Source of the DNA: Nemertoderma westbladi
Taxonomy: Eukaryota; Animalia; Xenacoelomorpha
Length of the DNA: 64,000 nucleotides
Direction: 5' to 3'
Assembly (NCBI GenBank): GCA_032718475.1
Contig: JAUCBJ010005498.1
Location: forward strand, 1-64,000
The translations under genes and the position numbers were made by a program. The notes beneath the pieces are model-generated. The model was not told the DNA's origin and ran no database searches. It was given only the letters and a program-made list of their open reading frames with translations. Each line of letters starts with the position of its first letter. Position 1 is the first letter of the stretch. Below are positions 13,618-28,600 of the stretch, one piece after another.

Positions 13618-16600
13618 CTGTATGATCCGAAGTCTTTATGTTAATTAAAGTATTAATTATTTTATTATAAATAACCTTACCAATAATACAAACATACATT
13701 AATATATAAAAGTTTCAAACTTTTTAATTTTTAGGAGGACCGATCCATTCCTTTAATTACTATTATTTTTTATTACAGATAATGTAATGTGACAGTTGAT
13801 ATAACCAGTAGACAACCTTATAAACCGTTAATATCTTTGAATTATTTACCAATACCTTATAAGACTTTATTATCTATAAATTGTTTACCAATACCTTATA
13901 AGGATTTATTATCTATGAATTGTTTACCAATACCTTATAAGACTTTATTATCTATAAATTGTTTACCAATACCTTATAAGGCTTTATTATCTATGAATTG
14001 TTTACCAATACCTTATAAGGCTTTATTATCTATGAATTGTTTACCAATACCTTATAAGGCTTTATTATCTATGAATTGTTTACCAATACCTTATAAGACT
14101 TTATTATCTCTAAATTGTTTACCAATACCTTATAAGGCTTTATTATCTATAAATTGTTTACCAATGCCTTATAAGACTTTATTATCTATAAATTGTTTAC
14201 CAATACCTTATAAGGATTTATTATCTATGAATTGTTTACCAATACCTTATAAGACTTTATTATCTATAAATTGTTTACCAATACCTTATAAGGCTTTATT
14301 ATCTATGAATTGTTTACCAATACCTTATAAGACTTTATTATCTCTAAATTGTTTACCAATACCTTATAAGACTTTATTATCTATAAATTGTTTACCAATA
14401 CCTTATAAGGCTTTATTATCTATGAATTGTTTACCAATACCTTATAAGACTTTATTATCTCTAAATTGTTTACCAATACCTTATAAGGCTTTATTATCTA
14501 TAAATTGTTTACCAATGCCTTATAAGACTTTATTATCTATAAATTGTTTACCAATACCTTATAAGACTTTATTATCTATAAATTGTTTACCAATACCTTA
14601 TAAGGCTTTATTATCTCTAAATTGTTTACCAATACCTTATAAGACTTTATTATCTATAAATTGTTTACCAATACCTTATAAGACTTTATTATCTCTAAAT
14701 TGTTTACCAATACCTTATAAGACTTTATTATCTCTAAATTGTTTACCAATACCTTATAAGACTTTATTATCTCTAAATTGTTTACCAATACCTTATAAGA
14801 CTTTATTATCTCTAAATTGTTTACCAATACCTTATAAGACTTTATTATCTCTAAATTGTTTACCAATACCTTATAAGACTTTATTATCTCTAAATTATTT
14901 ACTAATACCTTATAAGACTTTATTATCTATAAATTGTTTACCAATACCTTATAAGACTTTATTATCTATAAATTGTTTACCAATACCTTATAAGGCTTTA
15001 TTATCTCTAAATTGTTTACCAATACCTTATAAGACTTTATTATCTATAAATTGTTTACCAATACCTTATAAGACTTTATTATCTCTAAATTGTTTACCAA
15101 TACCTTATAAGACTTTATTATCTATAAATTGTTTACCAATACCTTATAAGACTTTATTATCTCTAAATTGTTTACCAATACCTTATAAGACTTTATTATC
15201 TCTAAATTGTTTACCAATACCTTATAAGACTTTATTATCTCTAAATTGTTTACCAATACCTTATAAGACTTTATTATCTCTAAATTATTTACTAATACCT
15301 TATAAGACTTTATTATCTATAAATTGTTTACCAATACCTTATAAGACTTTATTATCTCTAAATTGTTTACCAATACCTTATAAGACTTTATTATCTCTAA
15401 ATTGTTTACCAATACCTTATAAGACTTTATTATCTATAAATTGTTTACCAATACCTTATAAGGCTTTATTATCTATAAATTGTTTACCAATACCTTATAA
15501 GACTTTATTATCTATAAATTGTTTACCAATACCTTATAAGACTTTATTATCTATAAATTGTTTACCAATACCTTATAAGGCTTTATTATCTATAAATTGT
15601 TTACCAATACCTTATAAGACTTTATTATCTATAAATTGTTTACCAATACCTTATAAGACTTTATTATCTATAAATTGTTTACCAATACCTTATAAGACTT
15701 TATTATCTATAAATTGTTTACCAATACCTTATAAGACTTTATTATCTCTAAATTATTTACCAATACCTTATAAGACTTTATTATCTATAAATTGTTTACC
15801 AATACCTTATAAGACTTTATTATCTCTAAATTGTTTACCAATACCTTATAAGACTTTATTATCTCTAAATTGTTTACCAATACCTTATAAGACTTTATTA
15901 TCTCTAAATTGTTTACCAGTACCTTATAAGACTTTATTATCTATAAATTGTTTACCAATACCTTATAAGGCTTTATTATCTTTGAATTGTTTACCAATAC
16001 CTTATAAGGCTTTATTATCTATGAATTGTTTACCAATACATTATAAGACTTTATTATCTATGAATTGTTTACCAGTACCTACTTCTATTACAATAGGCCT
16101 GCTGCATTGAACCTGCACATTGAGATGCTATGCCAGCTTAAGAAAAACATTTTGTTAACACCATACAATCCACTGGCAAGCCCAATGCAGCGTGCATTAA
16201 AAATGCTATGCCGGCTTATCAACAAAATTGCACTGCCAGAAATCCCTATCCAACATGACTTTCGCGAGACTATTTTAATCACCTTATAAGGCTACTGTGT
16301 TGTCAGCTGCCTAGTGTAAGTGAATCTGTGAGCAAGCCTATATTTATTCCATATGAAAACCTTGTCAATATAACAATTACAAGGATTACAGGATTACCTG
16401 TAACAATGGCCAACAAAACTCTCAACAATCCGTTCAAGTATTCGGTCGAAAGTAAACGGCCACAGCCGTGGCTCATTGCAAGCGCTCAAAGCCGGGGACA
16501 GGTGGAATAATTCGCGTCAACGGACGCCCCATCGACGTGCTCGAACCCGCGTGCTTGCGGTACAAGTTACTTTAACCGCAGCTGTAACTCGGGAAGGAGA

Positions 16601-19600
16601 GATTCGCTGGGGTTGATATCCGTGTGCGAGTCAAGGGCAGCGGTCAGATATCGCAGGTATACGCGATACGCCAAGCGATATCCAAGCCTCTGGTTGCGTA
16701 CTATCAGAAGTTCGTGGATGAAGCGAGTAAGAAGGAGATTAAAGACATCCTAATCATGTACGATCGGACTCTATTGGTGGAGGATCCGAGACGAAACGAA
16801 CCCAAAAATTTCGGCGGACCCGGAGCCAGGGCTAGGTACCAGAAGAGTTAGTTATCGATAAGTCGCTAGCGGTTTTACGGGTATATTCTTTCAACTGTAT
16901 AGTATAATAAAATTCTTAATAAAGTTTGATTTTCTGTGTAATAAGCTAGCAATTAGGGTGTTCAGAGGCTGCGATGTAATTGAATTTGTATTGCAGCCTG
17001 TTAACTTTAATTTGGTATTTATTATACGATATAATGTATGGATTGTTTACCAATACCTTATAAGGCGTTAAATTAGAGTAAACAGTCCAGTTCATTTCAT
17101 CCAGATGTTCGTCTCTGTGTGAGTGGCTATTTGGCCGGTACAAACCGACCATCTTGGGCAGTTTGTCCACGAATATCCGTCGGAAACGCTTGGACATTGA
17201 ATGAGTGGACGGACTCCGCCAATGGACATTAATAACAACAATGGACAACATTACAGAAGCGGTTACCAGTAGCATACTGAAAATATTAAACAGAACAATA
17301 AATAGCGCTGTGCAGTAAACAATTTATATACTGTATATATTTATTTACTTTATACCTTATATAGATTACTTTTCCTTAGTTTAAATATGTTACAATTATT
17401 ATTTTTGTACCCATTACGCTTTTGGAATTATAGTTAATTTGAGATTATTTGATAAATAATACAGTATATCAATTGATATATTTCATTTAGTTTGAAAAAT
17501 AACGTTACTTTATTTTTTATTTCGCGCGATAATGAATTCGGTGCCATACATTTAATAAAACACTTATTTAATAAAATATATATATTTACTTACCAAAAAG
17601 TCAGATAAAATACAAGCAATGGAACACTGGCATTTCCCTTTGGTATAAAATCAGACAGTATGAGTAGAGGTAATGTTAGTGCGAGCAGTAAGGACACAGC
17701 AAGACTCATTTTCTCGCCTGCGTCACTTGGTAAATAGAATACCGCAATGGATAATAGGGACATTACTAACACTGGTAGCAACAGGTTGATCTGAAACGTA
17801 AACAATAAATGAGCCTAGGGACATTACTAACACTGGTAGCAACTCGTTGATCTGAAACGTAAACAAAAAAAAACAAAGAAACATAAAGATACAATAGAAC
17901 ATTTCAAAATGTCCCCCCTTTAGAGGTTCCGTAATGGTCAGTATTGGTAACATCTCGTAACAATATCGGTTATCGAGATAGGTGATAATCAGTATTGGTA
18001 ACATCTCGTAACAATATCGGTTATCGCTATAGGTGATAATCAGTATTGGTAACATCTCGTAACAATATCGGTTATCGAGATAGCTGATAATCAGTATTGG
18101 TAACATCTCGTAACAATATCGGTTATCGAGATAGGTGATAATCAGTATTGGTAACATCTCGTAACAATATCGGTTATCGCTATAGGTGATAATCAGTATT
18201 GGTAACATCTCGTAACAATATCGGTTATCGCTATAGGTGATAATTAGTATTGGTAACATCTCGTAACAATATCGGTTATCGAGATAGGTGATAATCAGTA
18301 TTGGTAACATCTCGTAACAATATCGGTTATCGAGATAGGTGATAATCAGTATTGGTAACATCTCGTAACAATATCGGTTATCGAGATAAGGTGATAATCA
18401 GTATTGGTAACATCTCGTAACAATATCGGTTATCGCTATAGGTGATAATCAGTATTGGTAACATCTCGTAACAATATCGGTTATCGCTATAGGTGACAAT
18501 TACCTCATAAAACAATGGTTTCCTTTTTATATGTATATCGTAAGTAATTGCTGAGTGATTCTCTCGGCTTCCCGGAAACTGCCACGTATGATTTCTACCT
18601 GGGAACCACGTTATATCCCATTCCGATGACGTCACGTACTGTTGCGGGTATTCCTTAGAAACTCCGGTTTCATAATCCGTGTTAATTCTAAAGCAGACAA
18701 AATGTAGTATGTATGGAGAGATATTATAGACAGACAAAATGTAGTACATATGGACAGACATTATAAACAGATAAAATGTAGCACATATAGACAGACATTA
18801 TAGACAGACAAAATGTGGTACATATGGAAAGACATTATAGACAGACAATATGTAGTACGTATGGACAGACATTATAGACAGACAAAATGTAGTACATATA
18901 GACAGACATTATAGACAGACAAAATGTATTACATATGGACAGACATTATAGACAGACAAAATGTAGTACATATGGACAGACATTATAGACAGACAAAATA
19001 TAGTACATATGGACAGACATTATAGACAGACAAAATGTAGTACATATGGACAGACATTATAGACAGACAAAATGTAGTACATATGGACAGACATTATAGA
19101 CAGACAAAATGTAGTACATATAGACAGACATTATAGACAGACAAAATGTATTACATATGGACAGACATTATAGACAGACAAAATGTAGTACATATGGACA
19201 GACATTATAGACAGACAAAATATAGTACATATGGACAGACATTATAGACAGACAAAATGTAGTACATATGGACAGACATTATAGACAGACAAAATGTAGT
19301 ACATATGGACAGACATTATAGACAGACAAAATGTAGTACATATAGACAGACATTATAGACAGACAAAATGTATTACATATGGACAGACATTATAGACAGA
19401 CAAAATGTAGTACATATGGACAGACATTATAGACAGACAAAATGTAGTACATATGGACAGACATTATAGACAGACACAATGTAGTACATATGGACAGACA
19501 TTATAGACAGACAAAATGTATTACATATAGACAGACATTATAGACAGACAAAATGTATTACATATGGACAGACATTATAGACAGACAAAATGTAGTACAT

Positions 19601-22600
19601 ATGGACAGACATTATAGACAGACAAAATATAGTACATATGGACAGACATTATAGACAGACAAAATGTAGTACATATGGACAGACATTATAGACAGACAAA
19701 ATGTAGTACATATAGACAGACATTATAGACAGACAAAATGTAGTACATATAGACAGACATTATAGACAGACAAAATGTATTACTTATGGACAGACATTAT
19801 AGACAGACAAAATGTAGTACATATGGACAGACATTATAGACAGACACAATGTAGTACATATAGACAGACACAATGTAGTACATATGGGCAGACAAAATGT
19901 AGTACATATGGACAGACATTATAAACAGATAAAATGTAGTACATATAGACAGACAAAATGTAGTATGTATGGACAGACATTATAAACAGACACAATGTAG
20001 TACATATGGACAGACATTATAGACAGAGAAAATGTAGTACATATAGACAGACAATATAGACAGACAAAATGTAGTACGTATGGACAGATATTATAGACAG
20101 ACAAAATGTAGTCTGACAGACATTATAAACAGACAAAATGTATTACATATGGACAGACATTATAGACAGACAAAATGTAGTACATATGGACAGACATTAT
20201 AGACAGACAAAATATAGTACATATGGACAGACATTATAGACAGACAAAATGTAGTACATATGGACAGACATTATAGACAGACAAAATGTAGTACATATGG
20301 ACAGACATTATAGACAGACAAAATGTAGTACATATGAACAGACAAAATGTAGTACATATGGACAGATATTATAGACAGACAAAATGTAGTACATATGGAC
20401 AGACATTATAGACAGACACAATGTAGTACATATAGACAGACACAATGTAGTACATATGGGCAGACAAAATGTATTACATATGGACAGACATTATAGGTAG
20501 ACAAAATATAGTACGTATGAACAGACATTATAGACAGACACAATGTAGTACATATGAACAGACAAAATGTAGTACGTATGGACAGATATTATAGACAGAC
20601 AAAATGTAGTACGTATGGACAGACATTATAGACAGACACAATGTAGTACATATAGACAGACATTATAGACAGACAAAATGTAGTACATATGGACAGACAT
20701 TATAGGTAGACAAAATATAGTACATATGGACAGACATTATAGACAGACACAATGTAGTACATATGAACAGACAAAATGTAGTACGTATGGACAGATATTA
20801 TAGACAGACAAAATGTAGTACGTATGGACAGACATTATAGACAGACACAATGTAGTACATATAGACAGACACAATGTAGTACATATGGGCAGACAAAATG
20901 TAGTACATATGGACAGACATTATAAACAGATAAAATGTAGTACATATAGACAGACAAAATGTAGTATGTATGGACAGATATTATAGACAGACAAAATGTA
21001 GTACGTATGGACAGACATTATAAACAGACACAATGTAGTACATATAGACAGACATTATAGACAGACAAAATGTAGTACATATGGACAGACATTATAGGTA
21101 GACAAAATATAGTACATATGGACAGACATTATAGACAGACACAATGTAGTACATATGAACAGACAAAATGTAGTACATATGGACAGATATTATAGACAGA
21201 CAAAATGTAGTACATATGGACAGACATTATAGACAGACACAATGTAGTACATATAGACAGACACAATGTAGTACATATGGGCAGACAAAATGTATTACAT
21301 ATGGACAGACATTATAGACAGACAAAATGTAGTACATATGGACAGATATTATAGACAGACAAAATGTAGTACATATAGACAGACATTATAGACAGACAAA
21401 ATGTAGTACATATAGACAGACATTATAGACAGACAAAATGTAGTACATATAGACAGACATTATAGACAGACAAAATGTAGTACATATAGACAGACATTAT
21501 AGACAGAAAAAATGTAGTACGTATGGACAGACATTATAGACAGACACAATGTAGTACTTATGGACAGACATTATAGACAGACAAAATGTAGTACATATGG
21601 ACAGACATTATAAACAGATAAAATGTAGTACATATGGACAGACATTATAGACAGACAAAATGTAGTACGTATGGACAGACATTATAGACAGACACAATGT
21701 AGTACTTATGGACAGACATTATAGACAGACAAAATGTAGTACATATGGACAGACATTATAAACAGATAAAATGTAGTACATATAGACAGACATTATAGAC
21801 AGAAAAAATGTAGTACGTATTGACAGACATTATAGACAGACACAATGTAGTACTTATGGACAGACATTATAGACAGACAAAATGTAGTACATATGGACAG
21901 ACATTATAAACAGATAAAATGTAGTACATATGGACAGATATTATAGACAAACAACATGTAGTACATATGGACAGACATTATAGACAGACAAAATGTAGTA
22001 CTTATGGACAGACATTATAGACAGACAAAATGTAGTACATATGGACAGACATTATAAACAGATAAAATGTAGTACATATAGACAGACAAAATGTAGTATG
22101 TATGGACAGACATTATAAACAGACACAATGTAGTACATATAGACAGACATTATAGACAGACAAAATGTAGTACATATGGACAGACATTATAGGTAGACAA
22201 AATATAGTACATATGGACAGACATTATAGACAGACAAAATGTAGTACATATGGACAGATATTATAGACAGACAAAATGTAGTACGTATGGACAGACAAAA
22301 TGTAGTATGTATGGACAGATATTATAGACAGACAAAATGTAGTACATATGGACAGACATTATAAACAGATAAAATGTAGTACATATAGACAGACAAAATG
22401 TAGTATGTATGGACAGACATTATAAACAGACACAATGTAGTACATATGGACAGACATTATAAACAGATAAAATGTAGTACATATGGACAGACATTATAAA
22501 CAGACACAATGTAGTACATATAGACAGACATTATAGACAGACAAAATGTAGTACATATGGACAGACATTATAGGTAGACAAAATATAGTACATATGGACA

Positions 22601-25600
22601 GACATTATAGACAGACAAAATGTAGTACATATGGACAGATATTATAGACAGACAAAATGTAGTACGTATGGACAGACATTATAAACAGACACAATGTAGT
22701 ACATATAGACAGACATTATAGACAGACAAAATGTAGTACATATGGACAGACATTATAGGTAGACAAAATATAGTACATATGGACAGACATTATAGACAGA
22801 CACAATGTAGTACCTATGAACAGACAAAATGTAGTACATATGGACAGATATTATAGACAGACAAAATGTAGTACATATGGACAGACATTATAGACAGACA
22901 CAATGTTGTACATATAGACAGACACAATGTAGTACATATGGGCAGACAAAATGTATTACATATGGACAAACATTATAGACAGACAAAATGTAGTACATAT
23001 GGACAGATATTATAGACAGACAAAATGTAGTACATATAGACAGACATTATAGACAGACAAAATGTAGTACTTATGGACAGACATTATAGACAGACAAAAT
23101 GTAGTACTTATGGACAGACATTATAGACAGACAAAATGTAGTACATATGGACAGACATTATAGACAGACAAAATGTAGTACATATGGACAGATAGTATAG
23201 ACAGACAAAATGTAGTACATATAGACAGACATTATAGACAGACAAAATGTAGTACTTATGGACAGACATTATAGACAGACAAAATGTAGTACTTATGGAC
23301 AGACATTATAGACAGACAAAATGTAGTACATATGGACAGACATTATAGGTAGACAAAATATAGTACATATGGACAGACATTATAGACAGACACAATGTAG
23401 TACATATGAACAGACAAAATGTAGTACATATGGACAGATATTATAGACAGACAAAATGTAGTACATATGGACAGACATTATAGACAGACACAATGTAGTA
23501 CATATAGACAGACACAATGTAGTACATATGGGCAGACAAAATGTAGTACATATGGACAGACATTATAAACAGATAAAATGTAGTACATATAGACAGACAA
23601 AATGTAGTATGTATGGACAGATATTATAGACAGACAAAATGTAGTACATATGGACAGACATTATAGACAGACAAAATGTAGTACATATGGACAGACATTA
23701 TAGACAGACAAAATGTAGTACATATAGACAGACAAAATGTAGTACATATAGACAGACATTATAGACAGACAAAATGTAGTACGTATGGACAGATATTATA
23801 GACAGACAACGCTGTCGTTTAGGAGGGACCGACAGACGTTTATATTATAACTGGAGTATCACTAACATTAATTGACCGATAGGATATCTCCAAGATACGA
23901 ATGTCAGTGAGCACTTCTGGCTGTCATACGGTATATATTTGGCATTTATCGTACACTTGGTTGTCGCTATTGAAGGCGGAGTCCACGATATTTTCCCATT
24001 GGAAAATACAAGCATCCTGTAACCATAACAACGTAATTGATATAAATACAAGCATCCTGTAATCAGCAGTGACGTAGTTTATAAATCTTTTTTGGAGATT
24101 GTTTTTGTTACATAGTCTCCAAACAATTTACATAGGATTTCAATGTCACGTCAAAGTCAAGTCAACTTTTTGAGTAAACAGCTATTTTGAGACGACTACA
24201 CTATTAGTGTAGTGTGGGGTATTGTGTCGAAGGTCAGAAGAGTACAGTTTAACTGACAAGTTAGGGCATGTTCGTAAGCTTATATCCAATTGGGTGCCGA
24301 ATATATATTTTCGAATATATAATTTCATTAATGACAGTTTAAGGTTTTTTTATTATTTTTATTAAATAATCAAGTATTATTTATTGTATTAATGCAATAA
24401 TCGAACCTATATTTAATATGTACGGCGTACGTAGGCACAGTCTGATATTGATAAATCACAAAACCAACATTATCACATTATTCAAATAAAGCACATTATT
24501 AAAATTTATTACGATATGTTTTAAAATAAATAAATAAGTATAGTATTATTAAGAACAACGGGTGGCAACCGGCAGGGACGTTTCAGCACTGGCTGGCAAC
24601 TACAGTAGCACTACTGGTAACCCTCGTTCTCTCATCCCACTTCGCCTACCGACCAAGCGGTTTGATGAAACAATCGGCCACGAGACACCACACTCCATCT
24701 GCTGTGCCTGCAAAAGGGGTGAAGGATATCCGGCGGTCATCACAGACTGATCTATAATGTTCTTTATTATGTCGGGTGCGCTCTTCGAGCAGGGACTCTG
24801 AAGAACAGTTGGCTTTGGTGCATGAGGTGGCGTCAGCGTTAATAATCGCTACGTCGAACGACGCCACCTGTTGATTGGCCCAAACCCCCGTGCTACGAGA
24901 TCTGTCCTAACACTCCCTATTTCTCGACCCTGTCTGCCCAAGTGGCCCTGTGAAAGGGTCAGCTCCTTCTCAACGCTAGAACCCCCAACTGCAGCAGCAA
25001 TGGGATGCCCAAAGTCCTCTACAACCTCATCGTGCCTCTTGATAATTAAACCACCGGATTTACAACAAGTGCGTGGGAGGTGGAGAAGGAGTCTCTACAG
25101 CCCTCACACTTCAAGGGGAGGTTGGGTGGAACAAGTGCATACCAAACTGTCTGGTGCCAAACTATCAAGGAATTCCTCAGGGCTGAGGTCCGTGTTGTCC
25201 AGCACAGATAGCTGTGATGTTAGCCAGCCCCCTTCCTGTTGTTGACACCCCGCTCTACTGTACGACGTTTGGCTGATGAAAGAGCATTCACTGACATCCC
25301 CAACCTGATCTTGTAGGCTGAATCCTGTTGTTCCCGAGAGATCTGGTCTGGAATGGATTGATTCAGATATTAGTGAGGTCCCCCCAACTGAAGCCTTCCG
25401 GGCTGGAACCAGCCCCCATCAATGGGTCTCGCAGACCAATTCACGTGTCGGGAGAAGGAGCAGATCTTCCTCGGGCAGTCTGTGGACACTGTTTAACTTT
25501 GAAAGTCCTCAGCAAGTCTCTGATCGGATGAGCATAAGCTCAAAGGATGGTATGCTTGAGCATGTGGACGACTTCTGTTACCTGGGATCATGGATCCGGA

Positions 25601-28600
25601 AGTCAGGTGAGGACCTTCGAATTCGTAAGGGAAAGCATGGGCAGCCTTGAATAGGCTTTCCAGGATTTGGAAGTCACCGAGAATTAATCGGAAACTTAAG
25701 GGCCGATTATTTAGAGCAGCAGTAGTTCCAGTACTCCTCTACGGGAGTCCATGCTGGGCTCTAACTGCTGAGGACACCAAGTCTCTGGATGGCACATTCA
25801 CAAGAATGCTACGCCGGGTTCATTGTATCACGTACAATGCACACATCTCCAACCAGACACTATATAACATTGGAGGTGACTCATTGGTTCCCCCAAGCTT
25901 GACACTAGAACAAAATCGCCTCCGCTTTGCAGGACATTGCTTTTGCCGTGAGGACCAGCCAGTGCATAATCTTGTACTTTGGCAGCCTCATGGAGTGAAT
26001 AAGCATGGTGGACAGCCCATGACTTTCTTGAGACGCTTCTTAAAGGACACTGGCCTTAAAGATGCGGATGATCTAGCAAATGTCATGGGTGATAGAGAGT
26101 TGTGGCGGTGCAATTTTGTTGACAAGCCGGCACAGCATTCTTAAAAATGCAGCTGCAATGCAGCATGCCGATCCTAGCAGTAGGACACTGTTTCGCCACC
26201 TCTGAGAGCTTCCCGATGCTTCTCCCCCATGCTGCCACTTTACCTTAAACTAACTCCTTCCTTCCAGTGTCTGACCCAATATATCCACCAAGGAATCGCC
26301 GATCTGTCACCACCAGGACACCAGATGGACCGAAAAGCTCCTCTGCTGCGGATTCGAGACCAGGTTTCACTACTAGGAAACTTTTAATTGGTTCCGGATT
26401 ATAGATGATCGCAGGGCCCGGTCTAGATAGTTCCTGCCACCAGCTTCAGACCCCTGGAGTGACCCAGCTGACGAAGCATCATCAGCGTACCAGCATTGGC
26501 ACTGGTCTGATGTATCCTGGATACTGGAACACTCAACTGGATGAGTTGAGGGGCTTGTTGGGTTCACTGCCGCTCATCTCAGTTTCTTGATCATTGGGTT
26601 TGTTCCTCCAGCGTATGGGAGCATGGCAAAAGTATCTCCCCGGGTCCAACCCTCCTGGTACCACAAGAGCTCGTCTGTTCCATGTTGGTAAAGGGCATGA
26701 TCTGGATGCATGGTGCCAGTGCACCCGGCAATTCAAAAGAGCAACTGGTCTAGTAACATCGCCTCTGTTCCTGATTCCTCAAAGAAAGAGGACATGGCAT
26801 GGACCACCCCCTCGATCCCTGCTTTAATACCGGTGCAGAGTTAGTCCGATCCACACTGCAGAAGTCGTTAGTTATGGATGTTTCTACAGTTAGAGGGGTG
26901 TCGGCAGAGGACTTCCCTTATACCTATTGGGCGTACCCCTGGGTGTTTATCCAGAGTGATGGCCTACAGCCCCGGAGGGCACGTATCTCAAACCAGGGCA
27001 CCATGGAGTTCACTAGGCGACGAGCTAAACCAGCAACTGCCTCACGGAGTCGGGTACTGTGTGCTTCATAGTGTATTAGTACAGCACTCCACCATTCTGC
27101 ATCCCCACCTACGGGGCTGTTGCTTCCATGGAGGGTTTGTTACACCTTCAACACTACTTGTCCCGTCACATCAACCCCCTCGAGAGGAGGATGACTGGAA
27201 CAAGTTTGTAGTGCTTTTGCTAAAACAGCCATCTGAGGAGGGTGCTTCCTTTTAAGGATGTCCAGCACAGTTTCAGATACTCCAGCCTCCACCAAGTCGT
27301 TTGGGTTGAGGACACCACCACAATCCCGGTCTGTAACTAACCGGACTGCTGCTTGGTTCATTCCAGCAAGGATCTTACGGTTGAATGTCTGTGCTTACAA
27401 ACCCTGTGTCCGACAAACCCCGTCCTTTAGGAAATTTGGCATCACACCGGCCAGTAGAGAGTCGAACTCTTCCCATTCCCACATATCCAACCGCCTTTGA
27501 ATAGTTATCCTTATATCTGGGGTCTTAACTGCCTCTGGATTACGCTGGAATACCGTGGCTATAAAGCACACTGTTCGCTCCGAGGGGAAAGTTCCATCTG
27601 TAAGTTTTTCTAGCTCTCGTGTGAGGGTGTCTACCACATTGTGCCCCAAGTTTCCTCCTGGAACGATGTAGTGGCGACTGGGGATTTGAGTGAGGCGATT
27701 GTGACGGGATTCCCATTCCGCATAAGTAGAGGGACTGGGACTGCTAAGCCAGACACCTCCAAAGGCTGTCACAAGTGTTTCTGATGTAGAGGGTGAAACA
27801 GCTTGTCCAAGGTCGTCGCTTGCCGAATCCTCTCCAAACTCGTTAGACCTCGTAATTGTAGATGGAGTATAAGTTGCGACCAGTTTAACGTTTTGGTCAT
27901 CGTCTGAGACAGGATAAAGATCCCTGGTAGGGGCAACAGGAACGGCAGTGATATTTGATCGGGTTGGAGACGGATTAATACATTTTCCTGTAGTGAGTGG
28001 GGGACAGTTTACACAGGGATGCCCTGCGAAGCGCATCCACAGAGTAGCGAGTGGGTGACAGTTTACACAGGGACGCCCTGCGAGGGCGCATCCACAGAGG
28101 ATGGTTCATCCTGTAGCGAGTGGAGGACAGTTTACACAGGGATGCCCTGCGAGGGTGCATCCACAGAGGATGGTTCATCCTGTAGTGAGTGGGGGACAGT
28201 TTACACAAGGTTGCGCTGCAGGGCGCATCCACAGAGTAGCGAGTGGGGGACAATTTACACAGGGACGCCCTGCGAGGGCGCATCCACAGAGGATGGTTCA
28301 TCCTGTAGCGAGTGGGGGACAGTTTACACAAGGTTGCGCTGCAGGGCGCATCCACAGAGTAGCGAGTGGGGGACAATTTACACAGGGACGCCCTGTGAGG
28401 GCGCATCAACAGAGGATGGTTCATCCTGTAGTGAGTGGGGGACAGTTTACACAGGGACGCCCTGCGAGGGCGCATCCACAGAGTAGCGAGTGGGGGACAA
28501 TTTACACAGGGACGCCTTGCGAGGGCGCATCCACAGAGGATGGTTCATCCTGTAGCGAGTGGAGGACAGTTTACACAGGGACGCCCTGCGAGGGCGCATC

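Noticed and set aside
13789-16110. 773-aa repetitive ORF on + strand
   Set aside because: By-product of a 39-bp unit lacking stops in one frame; antisense to the intron it derives from.
16624-16851. Functional RPS16 gene
   Set aside because: The upstream part has in-frame stops and the C-terminal YR is disrupted.
17941-17950. GTATTGGTAA shared (opposite strands) by the 51-bp and 39-bp units
   Set aside because: Only 10 bp in AT-rich sequence with no further alignment; likely chance.
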